From assembly GCF_006345805.1 (NCBI RefSeq), contig NC_042999.1, forward strand, positions 72,478,001 to 72,542,000: a DNA stretch of 64,000 bases. The letters run 5' to 3'. The stretch is from Octopus sinensis. Its lineage: Eukaryota. Made by a program: the position numbers and the translations under genes. This document shows positions 13,681-26,100 of this stretch, in pieces. The notes beneath the pieces are model-generated. The model was not told the DNA's origin, made no database searches, and saw only the letters and a list, made by a program, of their open reading frames with translations. The first letter of the stretch is position 1. Every line of letters begins with the position of its first letter.

Positions 13681-14059
13681 GGAAGGACCTTTATTTTACT
13701 CAGTCTTGTTATTAGAGTGCCACATGTATGTATACATGTATACAGCTGATAAAAGGTATAGTCTTGATGTGAAATGTAAACCCATTTCATAAGGCAGAGA
13801 GAATGCAAATCTTTAGAACTTCGGAAACAATGGTTCACAGTATTTGTTCCAGCTCTCTGCACTCTGAATTCAAATCCATGCCTTTCATCCTTCCGGTGCC
13901 AAAATAAAAAGTTACAAATCTGGGACTGCTAATGTGTAGGGACCGGGTGATAATATTTTCTTGATAATTGCTGTAACTGTGTATTTGTGCTGTCAAGGAC
14001 ACGATTGATATGACTCCCATTGAAGGACGTTTCCGAGGTCTTTGTTCGTGAAATCAACA

Positions 14060-14950
14060 CAGATCTCAAATCAGTATAGATTACATGTAGATGATTCTTG
14101 GGCGCAGATTGTCAAGGAGTAATGAAATGAGATACCATCTGCGTAAGAGTGGGCGTTATTGGAGGTGATGGCAAGTGGATTATTGGTTTGTTTGATGAAG
14201 GGTATCGGGAAGAAAACCGAACTTTGGATCATACCAAAGTTTACTGAGTATAGGTCTCTGTGACCTCTATCAGTACACCGCAATGATGCCCTCTAACAGT
14301 AGGCCTCGAATCGACGAGATGAGAGATAGATGAAAGCCACAGACGGGCAATTTTGCCAGACATCAGTCGACTGTTTTGCTAATATCGTGTGCAACAAATT
14401 TTTTAAGGTTTCCAATGTCTGGCTTTAAAAAAAATGCCTTGGTGGTTGTTCAGAAGAGGAAAATATCAGACGTTCTGAGAAAAATTGTACCCATCTCTTT
14501 GGTGTGTTAGAAGTGTGATAGGATGATAGTTGCCCGGGCGAGAGAGATTAACCATTTAAGGGAATGGAACACACTGTAGAATATTTCAAAAGATGAAGTC
14601 ATATTCCAAGAACGAAAGAGGTGTGTAGATGCGTCGTCGGAGAACTCGATTGGTCCAAAGACGATGATTTAAGTCTGGAGGTGAGAAATATTTGAAGGAT
14701 GCTTAAGGTGCCGGCGTGCCAGTTAGTGGTGTACCTTGGGGAGGAAACTGCTGTGAGGAGTTGAAGGTTGTGAAAGACCCAGTTTCTGCCATTAACATCA
14801 GTAAGAGATGAGTGTGGGAGACAAAAGGAATGGTAAACATTGAAGTTCCCGTATATGGAAAGAAGATTACTTCGGAGCGGGCAATGAAGTAAATATGTTC
14901 TGGATGTAGAAAGCGATAAAGTCTAGAAGTTGGGTGGAGGAAAAGCAGAA
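14060..14950 (-). mobile_element. Decayed CR1/L2-like LINE fragment
   Basis: Minus-strand remnants of PQGS-like (GMIQSSV) and YADD-like (YADG) motifs. A related stretch (GGAAACTGCTGTGAGGAGTTGAAG) also occurs at ~12625. Confidence 0.5.
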
Positions 14951-16861
14951 ATATTAAGTATTTAGAGAAGTGAGAGGTGGGGTGGAATTTGAGTCAGAGT
15001 AAATAGAAGTCAATTTTCTATATATAAGGTATCCATATAAGAGAGGTGAGAGACAGAGAGCATGGAATCTGAATCTAGAGTGAAAACTCTAGATCTCAAC
15101 TTTATTGATGTTTAAATAATTTGAAGACACCATCCGCATTAAAATCAATTGTTAACTTTGTGTTAACATATTTAACGCATGGAGAATAAATATGTGATGT
15201 GTGTGTGTCCATGCATGTGAAAACAGTTCTTTATAAATTTTTATTTCTCAAGATGTCTATTTTTATATATTTTATGAAAATGTAAATATACAATCAGAAA
15301 ACTACAAAATATATGTATGAGGATGAAGACATGGATTTCAGAAAGCAGTGAAAGAAAGTAATTAAGTAAAGATAACAGGAGCGGTTTAAAGAACGGGCAA
15401 CATTATAATGAATTCTTTTGAATTATTCAATAATAAGAGATTAAGGAAAAAAATTCGAATGTGGTATAGAGTAGATTCTGAACAAGTAAAAGTAAATGAA
15501 CGATGAAGTAAAAAAAAACATTTTGGACTAACGAAATAAGTGATTAAATTTATGCCGTGGGGTATTTTATTGAGAAAAATCTTATCGATTCAGTCGATTT
15601 TCTGTTTTCTATTTTTTTCTAAACAAGAAATAGGCAGGGATATCTGCACAAAATAATGTGCGGATAACAATGTTTTATGAATCATAAATAATATACGGCA
15701 AATAAAACAGTCCGTCTTTTTTATATAACATTCTTATTGTTTATCATTCCATGGTTAGAGCTTTTCTCAACAGGTATATTACTGCGAGTAATGCAAATAT
15801 TTCGTTTTCCTAGTAAATAAAATGGTGAATATGTTACTTCGATGAATAGCGAGGAAGATACGCTTAAATAGTTATTCCACTGCTTGGGGTTCATCTCTAT
15901 GGGTGGCAATAATTATCATGATCTGAGTGAGTAGGGAGGTAATGCGAGGACCTAGAACACCAGACACTTCAACTGCTAAAGCTTGGAACAGAAACCGGTC
16001 GAAGAGCAACCAATATTAACGGTCCTCCGCCTACTAGACGACGAAACCGGCATCAGACACCAATTCCATCACGTTACCACTGGAAAAAGCATCGTTGCAG
16101 ATCGCATCCCAGATTAGAGACCTGGAAGGAAAATTTTCTTTTGTGATTTAGTTCTTTGTTGTCCACTACCAGCTCCAGTTTTGATGGTAAACCTACTGCC
16201 CTTAAACGACGATTGGCGATGTCATTGGGAGAAGCATGCTGACTGAAACAGTCGGTGATGAGGCAGCATCTCAATAGGTAGAAACTGAAAGTGACTACAC
16301 GAGACCTGCCAGAGCATTTGAGTCGCTCGCAGATCCAAAATCCAAATCTGAGTGAGACGCTACGTGATAGAATTCAATCATGCACAAATATGGGAATATG
16401 AGATGAAGCTGAAACACGCCACTCCATGCTGGTTTCATTTTCAGTACATTATGAAATATATTTAGTTTGTCTTGTATTTTCAGTTCCCGGCAAGAACAGG
16501 AGAAAACTCTCAGCATGTTTCTGTCTAATTCCAACTTCATTAGCGAATTATAAACTTTCTTCACTACATTTGCCGAATAAATCCTAAGTGTTAACAGAAA
16601 TCAGTAAGTAAAGATACAAGGCTGTATTTCTTAGTGAAGGAAAATAGATGCTTAGATGTGGAGATCAGAAAGTGTGCATAAATATGAAAACACTCTATTT
16701 TCAACATATTATATACGTATGTGTATATATGTATATACATACATACATACATGCATACATACACATGTATGTGTGTGTGTATTAAAGGACCTTTTTACCA
16801 TTAGCGTTACTTCAGTACATATCTTGTTATATGCTGTCTCATAACCGAAATGCCTCTGTGT

Positions 16862-16892
<31 letters not shown>

Positions 16893-17444
16893 ACACCAAC
16901 AACCTGTATCGCTTTCCATTATGTCTTGTCCATATTCTGTCACCGTTTAACGTTTGTTTATGTTTTTGTCAACGTCCGCTCACTTATATCAGCAGCTTTT
17001 TGCTATTGACACCCAGAAAATGAACAATCTTATCCAGTATGGCACGAAATTGTAATGATTTTTTACCAATAACTGATGAGGGATGAATATGTCCAGGTCT
17101 CTTGTTCCTTTGTTGTCCTGTGCAATTTTTTACTATATACATATATACAAAAATTCTATAATTATGAGCATAATTATAATTAGAGTTCAGCAAAATTTGC
17201 TTCACCACATACCGAAATTTAGAAATAGCAGTTAAAATACTATTCTACTACCATAAGATATCTCCCAGACAGCAATACTCTACAACTTGCTGGAAGGAAC
17301 ATTTTCTTTTGTGATTCAGTTCTTTATTGTCTGCTACCAGCTCCAGTTTTGATGGTAAACCTACTGCTCTTAAACGACGATTGACCAACAAGTTGTAGAG
17401 TATTGCTGTCTGGGAGATATCTTATGGTAGTAGAATAGTATTTA

Positions 17445-18736
17445 CGAGGGGCGTTCAATAAGTAATGCCCCTGACCCACTTGCAGTTGTTTGATCTAGCT
17501 GAAATTTTGCATGTGCAATTATTTATACCTCTATAGATTAAGTGGCAAATTACAGCTCTGAACTAATTGTGGTTTCTGATTTACAGGTGTTTGAACTGAG
17601 TCAAGTGTGAAATGGAGCCTGTTGAGTGTCGAGCAGTGATTCGGTTTTTGTATTTGAAAGGACGCACACCACAGGAGACTTTTGATGAGATGAAAGTAAC
17701 TTATGGTGATGATGCACCATCATATGACCTTGTAAAACGCTGGAATCGTGAATTCAAACATGGTCGGAACTCTGTGGAAACAGCTCCCAGATCTGGTCGC
17801 CCCCTTCTGCCATTGATGAGGCATCTGTCCGTCAAGTTGAGGCTGCCATTTTGGAAGATCGACGCATAACTATTCGCCAAATAGCCCATGAGGTCAAGAT
17901 TAGTACCGGGTCTGTGGAAACTATCATTCATGACCATTTGCATATGAAAAAGGTGTCTGCCAGATGGATTCCCAGGTTGCTCACACCTTTCCAGAAGCAA
18001 GAACGCGTCGATTGCTCGAGAATGAATTTGGTGATGTGCCAAGAAGATGAGTCAAAATTTTTCAAAAGACTGATTACACAGGATGAAACCTGGGTCCATC
18101 ACTATGATCCAGAGTCCAAAGCCCAGTCAATGCAGTGGAAGCACCGTGACTCACCTCCTCCAAAGAAGGCAAGGGTGCAGCCCTTCGCTGACAAGGTCAG
18201 GCTCACAGTCTTCTGGGACCAGGACGGAGTAGTGATGACAGATTTCCTGGCAAAGGGTGTCACAATTACAGGAGTCTATTATGCTTCACTTTTGAGGAAA
18301 TTAAGAGAAGCTATCAAAATCAAGAGGCGGGGCAAGATCAGCAAAGGCATCCTCCTCCTGCAGAACAACACTCCGATCCACAACTCGTGTGTCGCCAGAT
18401 CAGAAGCACAGGCGTGCGGCTATGAACTCATCCCCCATTCCCCCTACTCTCCTGACCTTGCACCCTGTGATGTTCACCTCTTCCCTGCCATGAAGTTGTT
18501 TTTGAAAGGAAAGCATTTCCCAGATGATGCAGCCTTGATTTCTGAAGTCACGTCGTGGTTGGAGGACCAAGATGGGGTCTTCTACAAAAATGGTCTTCAG
18601 AGCTGCATCAAACGGTGGGAGAAATGCGTAACTCTGGGTGGTTCCTATGTATAAAAAGACTAATAACTGTGCCAAGTTTCGTTGCTCTACTGCTATGGGA
18701 AGTGGGCCAGGGGCATTACTTATTGAACGCCCCTCG
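17445..18736 (+). mobile_element. Full-length mariner (DD34D) DNA transposon, probably inactive
   Basis: Perfect 29-bp TIRs CGAGGGGCGTTCAATAAGTAATGCCCCTG at 17445-17473 and 18708-18736, with TA on both flanks. Confidence 0.96.
17612..18654 (+). pseudogene. Mariner transposase, frameshifted
   Basis: ORFs 17612-17869 and 17851-18654 join by a frameshift near 17805. Motifs WIPRLL, QDETW and YSPDLAPCD are present; the second catalytic Asp (HDNA motif) reads QNN. Confidence 0.92.
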
Positions 18737-18908
18737 TAAACTGCTATTTCTAAATTTCGGTATGTGATGAAGCAAATTTTGCTGAACCCTAATTATAATT
18801 ATACTCATAATTATAGAATTTTTGTATAAGTTTACCGATAATGGTTCTTTTAACATACCGAACTACTTGGTAAAATTATGAATATTATATGATTAATTAA
18901 TTTTACCC

Positions 18909-19048
<140 letters not shown>

Positions 19049-19657
19049 TATACTGCTCCAGTAAGGTAATATCAGCAAAAAAAATATTCCATCCAGTGAG
19101 AGATAAATATCATTTAATGTACACTGTATTAAAGTAAAAGTAAAACTGATAGTTTCTCGCCATTAAGATTCTCAAGCAGGTTTTTATAACGTGCCTTGTA
19201 TCTCCAAGCAATCTCCAGGACCTGAGCATATGGTTTGTCTAAATTGTCTTTCTAAAGCAGCTGAACTCGATAGCTTATTTAATTAATAATATAAATACTT
19301 TCTTTTTGCATGATAAAGTTATCAAAGCATTTACTTACTTTATATACATATATTAATATATATATCTGTGGGGATGTATTAGTTAACAACATACAAAATA
19401 AACTATTATCTATTTTCACTTTATTTTATTTCGTTTTTTAACCTTTTTTCTACTTGTAAACTAACCAATGCCAGAAAACAGCAATTAAAAATTCCATAAG
19501 CCACTTAAAAATTTTCCATTGAGAGAATATTTTATAATAGACACAGAGGAATCAGTTATTAAATCAGTCCAACATCTCTTGGGAACATGTGGCGAACAAG
19601 AGCGAATGATAGTGAAGAGACGTTGTCAAGTAAAGTGTGTAGGCGCGTGTATTTGAA

Positions 19658-19742
<85 letters not shown>

Positions 19743-20363
19743 TTATAACAACAGACGTTCAAAACAAAATAAAATGAATTGCAAAGTCAAAGAATATCAT
19801 AAAATGAAAAGAAAGGAAATGAAAAAAGTGGAATGGAAAGTAAGAAAAATATAACGAAACGGACAAACGGCTGGTGAAATAAAGGGGAAGATGAACAAGA
19901 AGAGAGCTTTAGAGAGAAAGGAGAAACAAGTAGAAGGATATCTAAATTGTACAACTCAACTGGAAGAGAAAAGTAAATGGAAGTAAAAGTTTTTAGAAGT
20001 TAGACAAAGTGATTCCACAGAATATGTTATTAAATTCAGAAAAGTGCACTGGTTCCTGCGTCTATCAAAAACATGATTTACCTATGGATCCTCGGATGCT
20101 TAACTCTCACCAGTACTATTATACTTCAGTGAGAACCATTAATGCCTAAGTAGGAACAAATCAATAGTACTTTTGTTGTTGCGTTGTAGTTTAATCCCAG
20201 GTCAACCTTGATCAAAGATATCCAACCTGTCATTTATTCAATCATAATATATCTTCTAAGTCTACATGAAGGCGGTGAGCTGGCAAAATCGTTAACTAGC
20301 CGAACAAAGTGCTTAGCGGCACTTCGTCCGTCTTTACGTTCTGGGTTCAAAGAAAAAGATCTA

Positions 20364-21640
20364 CAGGGGTTGGATAAAATAATGGAAACACCTTAAAATT
20401 TCAAACAAATCTATTTTAATATGGAGTAGGACCGACTTTGGCAGTAATTACAGCTTAAATTCCAGGAGATATGGACTCGCACAAAGTTTGAATTGTTTCC
20501 AAAGGAATTTTTGTCCATTCTTCAGCTAAATCAATCTCCGGTTCTTGTAGTGATGATAGTGGAGGATATCGGCTCCTTACTTGTTTTTCTAAAGTGCACC
20601 ATAAATGTTCAATAATAGTGAGATCTGGGGATTGTGGTGGCCAGCAAAGATGTTCAACATCACTAGAATGTTCCGTGTGTCATTCAGTAACAACTTTAGC
20701 TGTGTGAATTGGTGCATTATCATCCTGAAAGATTGCGTTTCCTTCCAGAAACAGTTCCGCAAGCATAGGATAAATTTGTTCAGATAAAATGCTTAAATAG
20801 TCTTGACTATTAATTCTGCCATGAAGGGAAACCACTGGGCCGGCGGATTTCCAAGATATATCCCCCCAGGTCATCAGAGATCTGGTGGGGAAATATCTTT
20901 TAACAGTTGGAAGAAGGCAGTCTAGGTCAAATGCTTCTTTTGGCTGTCTCCATGCGTATACTCGGCCGGTGGTCGGAAATAAGGTAAAGGATGACTTGTC
21001 CGAGAAAATAAAATTGTTCCGCTGCTCTAGGGACCAATCATGTAGGTTTTTACTCTACTCTAAACGCTTTGCAACGTTTGATCTTGAAAGTAGTGGTTTT
21101 CTCATTGCAGACTTTCCGTGAAATCCGGCTTTGTGCAGCTCCAGGTGAACAGTTTTTGTGGAAACTAGGTTCTCGAGGTGGTCATTAAGCTCTGCAGTAA
21201 TTTTGGCAGCTGTACTTTTGTGATCCTTTCTAACAATTCGCGTAAGAGTCCGACGGTCCCTATCTGAAAGTTTTGGTTTTTTCCGGAGTTTTGTTTCGAT
21301 GAGGAGGTTTTTCCCTCTTTCTCAAAGGCTGTCAGTACTTTCGAGACAGTACTTCTTGATACACCAAAGATTTCGGTTGTTTCCGTTAAGCGAGCGCCTA
21401 CCATACGAGCACCAACAATTTGACCTCTTTGAAAGTCCGATAGATCTGTCATTTTAATGAATTTCAATTACCTTTTCCTGATGATATCCGAAAAGAAACA
21501 ACAATTTTAGCAAAACATATTAAGCAACACTAATAATAAAGCAAAAAACATGAAAATAAACAAGCTTTTGGCGGTTTTATAGATATTTCAAACTTACGAT
21601 GCTATGATGCTAAGTGTTTCCATTATTTTGTCCAGCCCCT
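20364..21640 (-). mobile_element. Decayed Tc1-family DNA transposon
   Basis: TIR CAGGGGTTGGATAAAATAATGGAAACAC after TA at 20364 matches GTGTTTCCATTATTTTGTCCAGCCCCT at 21614-21640. Transposase pieces MTDLSDFQRGQIVGAR (HTH) and FQDDNAPIH. Confidence 0.9.
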
Positions 21641-21722
21641 TCTTCTTCTTCTTCTTCTTCTTCTTCTTCTTCTTCTTCTTCTTCTTCTTCTTCTTCTTCT
21701 TCTTCTTCTTCTTCTTCTTCTT
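21641..21722. repeat. (TTC)n microsatellite
   Basis: Direct reading. Confidence 0.98.
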
Positions 21723-21982
21723 CCCTACCAAGAATTCACAACGACCTCGAACCGACAAGAGTAAACAAGAGAGAGAGAAACAAGCAGAAACAAGGAAAAG
21801 GCCACTTGTATTTGAACACTATGCAAATATTCTTTTTAAAAACTTTTCTTTTAATTTTTCCAATATTTGTTTTCCATACTTACAGTTGAAAAAGTTTCAA
21901 TGACTGAAACCGGTACTGAAAGATTTTTTTATAAAATTTTTTTAGCATTTTCAATCTTGACTTTGTTTTCCATATATATATA

Positions 21983-22122
21983 GAAAATAGTGGTACAACA
22001 AGGCTCCAATGAATTGCTGGAAATAGCAGTCGATAACCGTACGACGCTATGTAAAAAGCGTCGTACGGTTATCGATTGCTATTTCAAGCAAAACATTGTA
22101 GCTTTGTTGTACCACTATTTTC
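21983..22122. repeat. ~140-bp imperfect palindrome (MITE-like)
   Basis: Perfect 19-bp core arms TCGATAACCGTACGACGCT / AGCGTCGTACGGTTATCGA around an 8-nt loop; outer arms pair imperfectly. Confidence 0.85.
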
Positions 22123-22207
22123 CATTTATTATTCTACCTTTACGGTGCTTTATCTAGCTGGAAAATAATACTATTGTATAGCAATATTTATGATTTATAT
22201 TTATATT

Positions 22208-22310
<103 letters not shown>

Positions 22311-22861
22311 TTTGTCTACTTTCGGCATATTCGGCATTAGAATTTTTTTCTTTTGCCCTTGTTTATAAGTTGTTTATAAATTTAACCTTTAAAGGTATCT
22401 TTTAATATGCTGGCCTTTGATGGAGAAAATCACATCTTTAATTGGTGATTACACCATGCATTAACGACGATCGTATCTATTGTGCCAGTATAGTTAGATA
22501 CATTAAAAGATATAAAATACCAGTAAATTTAATATATCCGAAAATATATATACTAAGACAATGTTATCAAGGCAATCCAAAATAGGTTCAATTCAGTGTG
22601 AATTAAGAAAAGATCGCTAATGGATGAGCACATACAAATATATATTTCTTTATTACCCACAAGGGGCTAAACATAGAGGGGACAAACAAGGACAGACAAA
22701 GGTATTAAGTCGATTACATCGACCCCAGTGCATAACTGGTACTTAATTCATCGACCCCGAAGGAATGAAAGGCAAAGTAGACCTCGGCGGAATTTGAACT
22801 CAGAACGTAGCGACAGACGAAATACCGCAAAGCATTTCGCACACACAAATATAACGTAAAG

Positions 22862-22876
22862 AAGAAATATAATAAT
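22862..22876 (+). repeat. Left 15-bp target-site duplication of the 29-kb block
   Basis: AAGAAATATAATAAT, identical to 51896-51910. Confidence 0.85.
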
Positions 22877-23040
22877 AGTTATCGCCATACTAATATGGCA
22901 TTCTTATAAAAATAAGAAAAAAGCTGTCCGCTTATTAGCTCCATGAGGCCATCGCCTTAAGTTAGCTATTTGATACACAAACTGTATCCATATAACCTTC
23001 GAACAAGGGAGGTCAGTCGCTCCACACTACTTGACCGGCA

Positions 23041-23082
23041 GCTATAGACGCGTTTCGGAGTATTGCCCCTTTTCAATGCAGC
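23041..23082 (-). ncRNA. Type I hammerhead ribozyme, array copy 1 (stem I mismatch variant)
   Basis: Minus strand reads GCTGCA TTGAAAA GGGG CAATA CTCC GAAA CGCG TC TATAGC. Confidence 0.75.
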
Positions 23083-23108
23083 GTAGCCAGCCAGTAGGTG
23101 TCGCTTCC

Positions 23109-26100
23109 TAAATTTTTATTATGATTATAAAAATCTTACAGAGATAGTACATTACAATACAAAACATAATTACAAAAAGTTTACGTTGTTCGTTTGATAT
23201 TTACATATGTTGATTATTGATTATGATACTAGACTTTACTTTTCTCCTTTTTTTTTTAAATAAAAATGATTTTGGCCAGCTAGGTATATCACAGTCAGGA
23301 TTCTTACCCGACAGCCTAAGAGCCCAGAGACTATTTTCTCCCTTCATGATGACCAAGCAGGGTTACTCACACCCACCTTTTTTATCACATCCTTCCATCG
23401 ATTCACATACTTTTTCTGTGTCAGGTTCCTCTTCTCTAAATCCATCTTGCTCTTTAGATGGTATCTGAAGTATTTTAACATACCATATCCAGAGACAAAG
23501 GTTCCTGACACCAAACCTTCCAATCTAGTTCTCCACACACACTCTTTCAGTACTGCCACCGTACAGTGAAAACAAGCCTCACTTCCTTTGAGAGTCCAGC
23601 TGGCGGTATCATCTTATTATAGAACCAGCCGATAGCTGTACTCGTCCCAGATGCGACAACACGTGTTCTACGTAACTTATTAAGCCTGACAGCTCCTGAC
23701 AATGTACAAAAGCGTGCTGGACGGTTTCATCGTCCAACCCACATCTTGGACATGTCGGTGGCACTGACATTCCATGCCTATATAACTTATCGCGAACAGG
23801 TAGAGCATTCCTATAGCACTGCCAAGTCAGGGATTTTTGGTAATTGTCCAAATACCCCGGCTTGAAAGTCTTCTTAAACAGGTCGGATAGTTGATCCTCA
23901 TCGAACCCCAGAGCCCCTCTTAGGACGTCGTCATTTTTTGCCTCTACCATCCTTCTATAAAATGTCGAGGTGGTATTCCCGCAGCCGGCTTTGCCTATCT
24001 TGTGGATCAGCCAGAGTGCCTGTCGGCACTCTTTCTGCCATAAAGTCAGGTTCCGTCTTTTAATGAAACCGGGTTTAAATCTCTCCATAGAGTCCGGTTG
24101 CGGGAAGAAATTATCTGCCAGCGGACTCCACACCTTATCACCTTCCAGGTGAAACCAGAGATGTCTCAGTCTCAGCGCATGCCTGCGCATCATTAACCAA
24201 GGCATCCCCAGCCCACCCTTTAGTGGTTCCTGGCAACACACGGAGCGCCTTACAAGTGGCTTTCCTCCCTTCCACAAAAAGCGGAAAAGGAGTCGATCCA
24301 ACTTGCTTAGCCACAAATCGGGGCAAGGCACGACAGTCAGGCGATAGGTGATTACAGATGCTATAAACACCTGTACCACCTCCGCCCTCCCTTTCAAGGA
24401 AAGATGCCTTCCGGACCACTCCCGAACTATGGCTTCTACCTTGGTCACTACCTCGCTCCAATTTTTCTCCGTCTGGGAGTCTGAACCAAACCAAACTCCA
24501 AGCAATTTAACAGGACCATCTGTCCAGTGTCCAACAACACTGGACGATATCGGCTTGTTCCTCCAGGTGCCGAGGCGCAAACCAGTGGACTTGTCCTTGT
24601 TAACTTTTGCCCCAGCCACCGCTTCGTATCTTCGGAGAGCACCTTCTACACGAGTTAGTTGTGCTTCGTTGGACACGATGAAGGTGACGTCATCCGCATA
24701 CGCAGAAACAGACTTACCGCATCCGATTTCATTAGGATTGCATCTCACCGTCTCCAACTTCCGCAGCAATGGCTCAAGAGCCAAAACGTACAGGAGAGGG
24801 GACAAGGGACATCCTTGACGAACTGAACGCTTAATCGAAAACGGTCCGTTAAGTAACCGTTTATCTGGACTGTGGACTTGATACCGCTGTACATAGCTGA
24901 TATCCACCCGCGAAAGTCAGGACCTAGCCCAGCCGCTTCGAGAACCGTCGCCAGGTACTGATGATCTACCCTATCAAATGCTTTACTTTGGTCTAAATGG
25001 ACCAATGCCCCTCCTTTGCCGGCTAATTGCCCAACCCTGTCTATAGTGTAGCGTAGAAGGTGAAGATTATCTTCGATCGACCTGCCTGGGATTGCACATG
25101 TCTGTGCCTTTCCGACAAGTTTTTCCATGACGACCTTCAACCTTTCTGCTAACACCTTGGCCAAAATCTTTAACTCTACATTAAGTAGAGTTATGGGCCT
25201 ATAATTACTAATATTATCCCCCTTGCTCGGGTCTTTCTGGATCAGCGTCACAACTCCCCGGCTCACAGAACTGGGAATCCTCCCATTCTGTTGCCAGTTT
25301 GCGTAGACGCTTGCCAGTATGTCCCCGAACAAGTCCGGCATACAACAATAAAACTCATAGGGCAGACCATCCAGTCCCGGCGACTTTTCCCGGGCGCATT
25401 CAGCCAAAACCCCTCTTACCTCCGCGGGAGTAATCGGTCCTTCACAGCGTTCCGCTCTGCTTGGCGAGAGCCGAGGCCACCAGCTAGGAAGTTCTGTAAG
25501 TCCTCCCCTCGCTCGAGTGGATCGCCCTCCCCAAACAACCGAGCGAAATGCTTTTGAAAGACCTTCTGTATCTCCTCCTGTCCATAGATTTTGCGTCCCT
25601 GTTCGTCAGTTAAAGACTTAATAGAGGACTTTTTGCCCTTCTGACTCTCCACACGACGTGCCCATCCGGCAACATTAATACCTTCTCGTTTCACTGCACG
25701 TAGCTTAGCTCTGACTCTACATCCTTCATGCTTGGCATTGAGGTGACGGTACAAGATCGTTCTCTCTGCTAACACTCTAGATGCACAGCCAGATCCCATT
25801 GCCTCGTCTAAGTTCTTAACTAAATCGCCTCTATTCTAGTCCTATCTAAACTTAGCTGGTTGCTAAATCTAATGGACTCCAAACGGATGGCTCTTTTGAG
25901 GGCGATCCACCATCTATTATTAATGATGGTTCCACATAATGCCCTCTGGACTAATTCCATAATCCGGTTACGGAAAGCTTCACAAGCCAAAATAGACTTG
26001 TTCATTTTCCAGTATCCGGGTCCCTGTCTATGGCATTTATCTACATGTACCTCACACGTCACTAATTTGTGATCCGTGTAAGGCACAATACAAAATTGTG

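Larger units (their letters stand above)
17144..18828. repeat. Foldback (long inverted repeat) element interrupted by a mariner
   Basis: Left arm 17144-17289 is the reverse complement of 17389-17444 joined to 18737-18828. Confidence 0.85.

Noticed and set aside
15985-16055. GAAACCGGTC and GAAACCGG resembling hammerhead stem III
   Set aside because: No CUGANGA core or stem II upstream.
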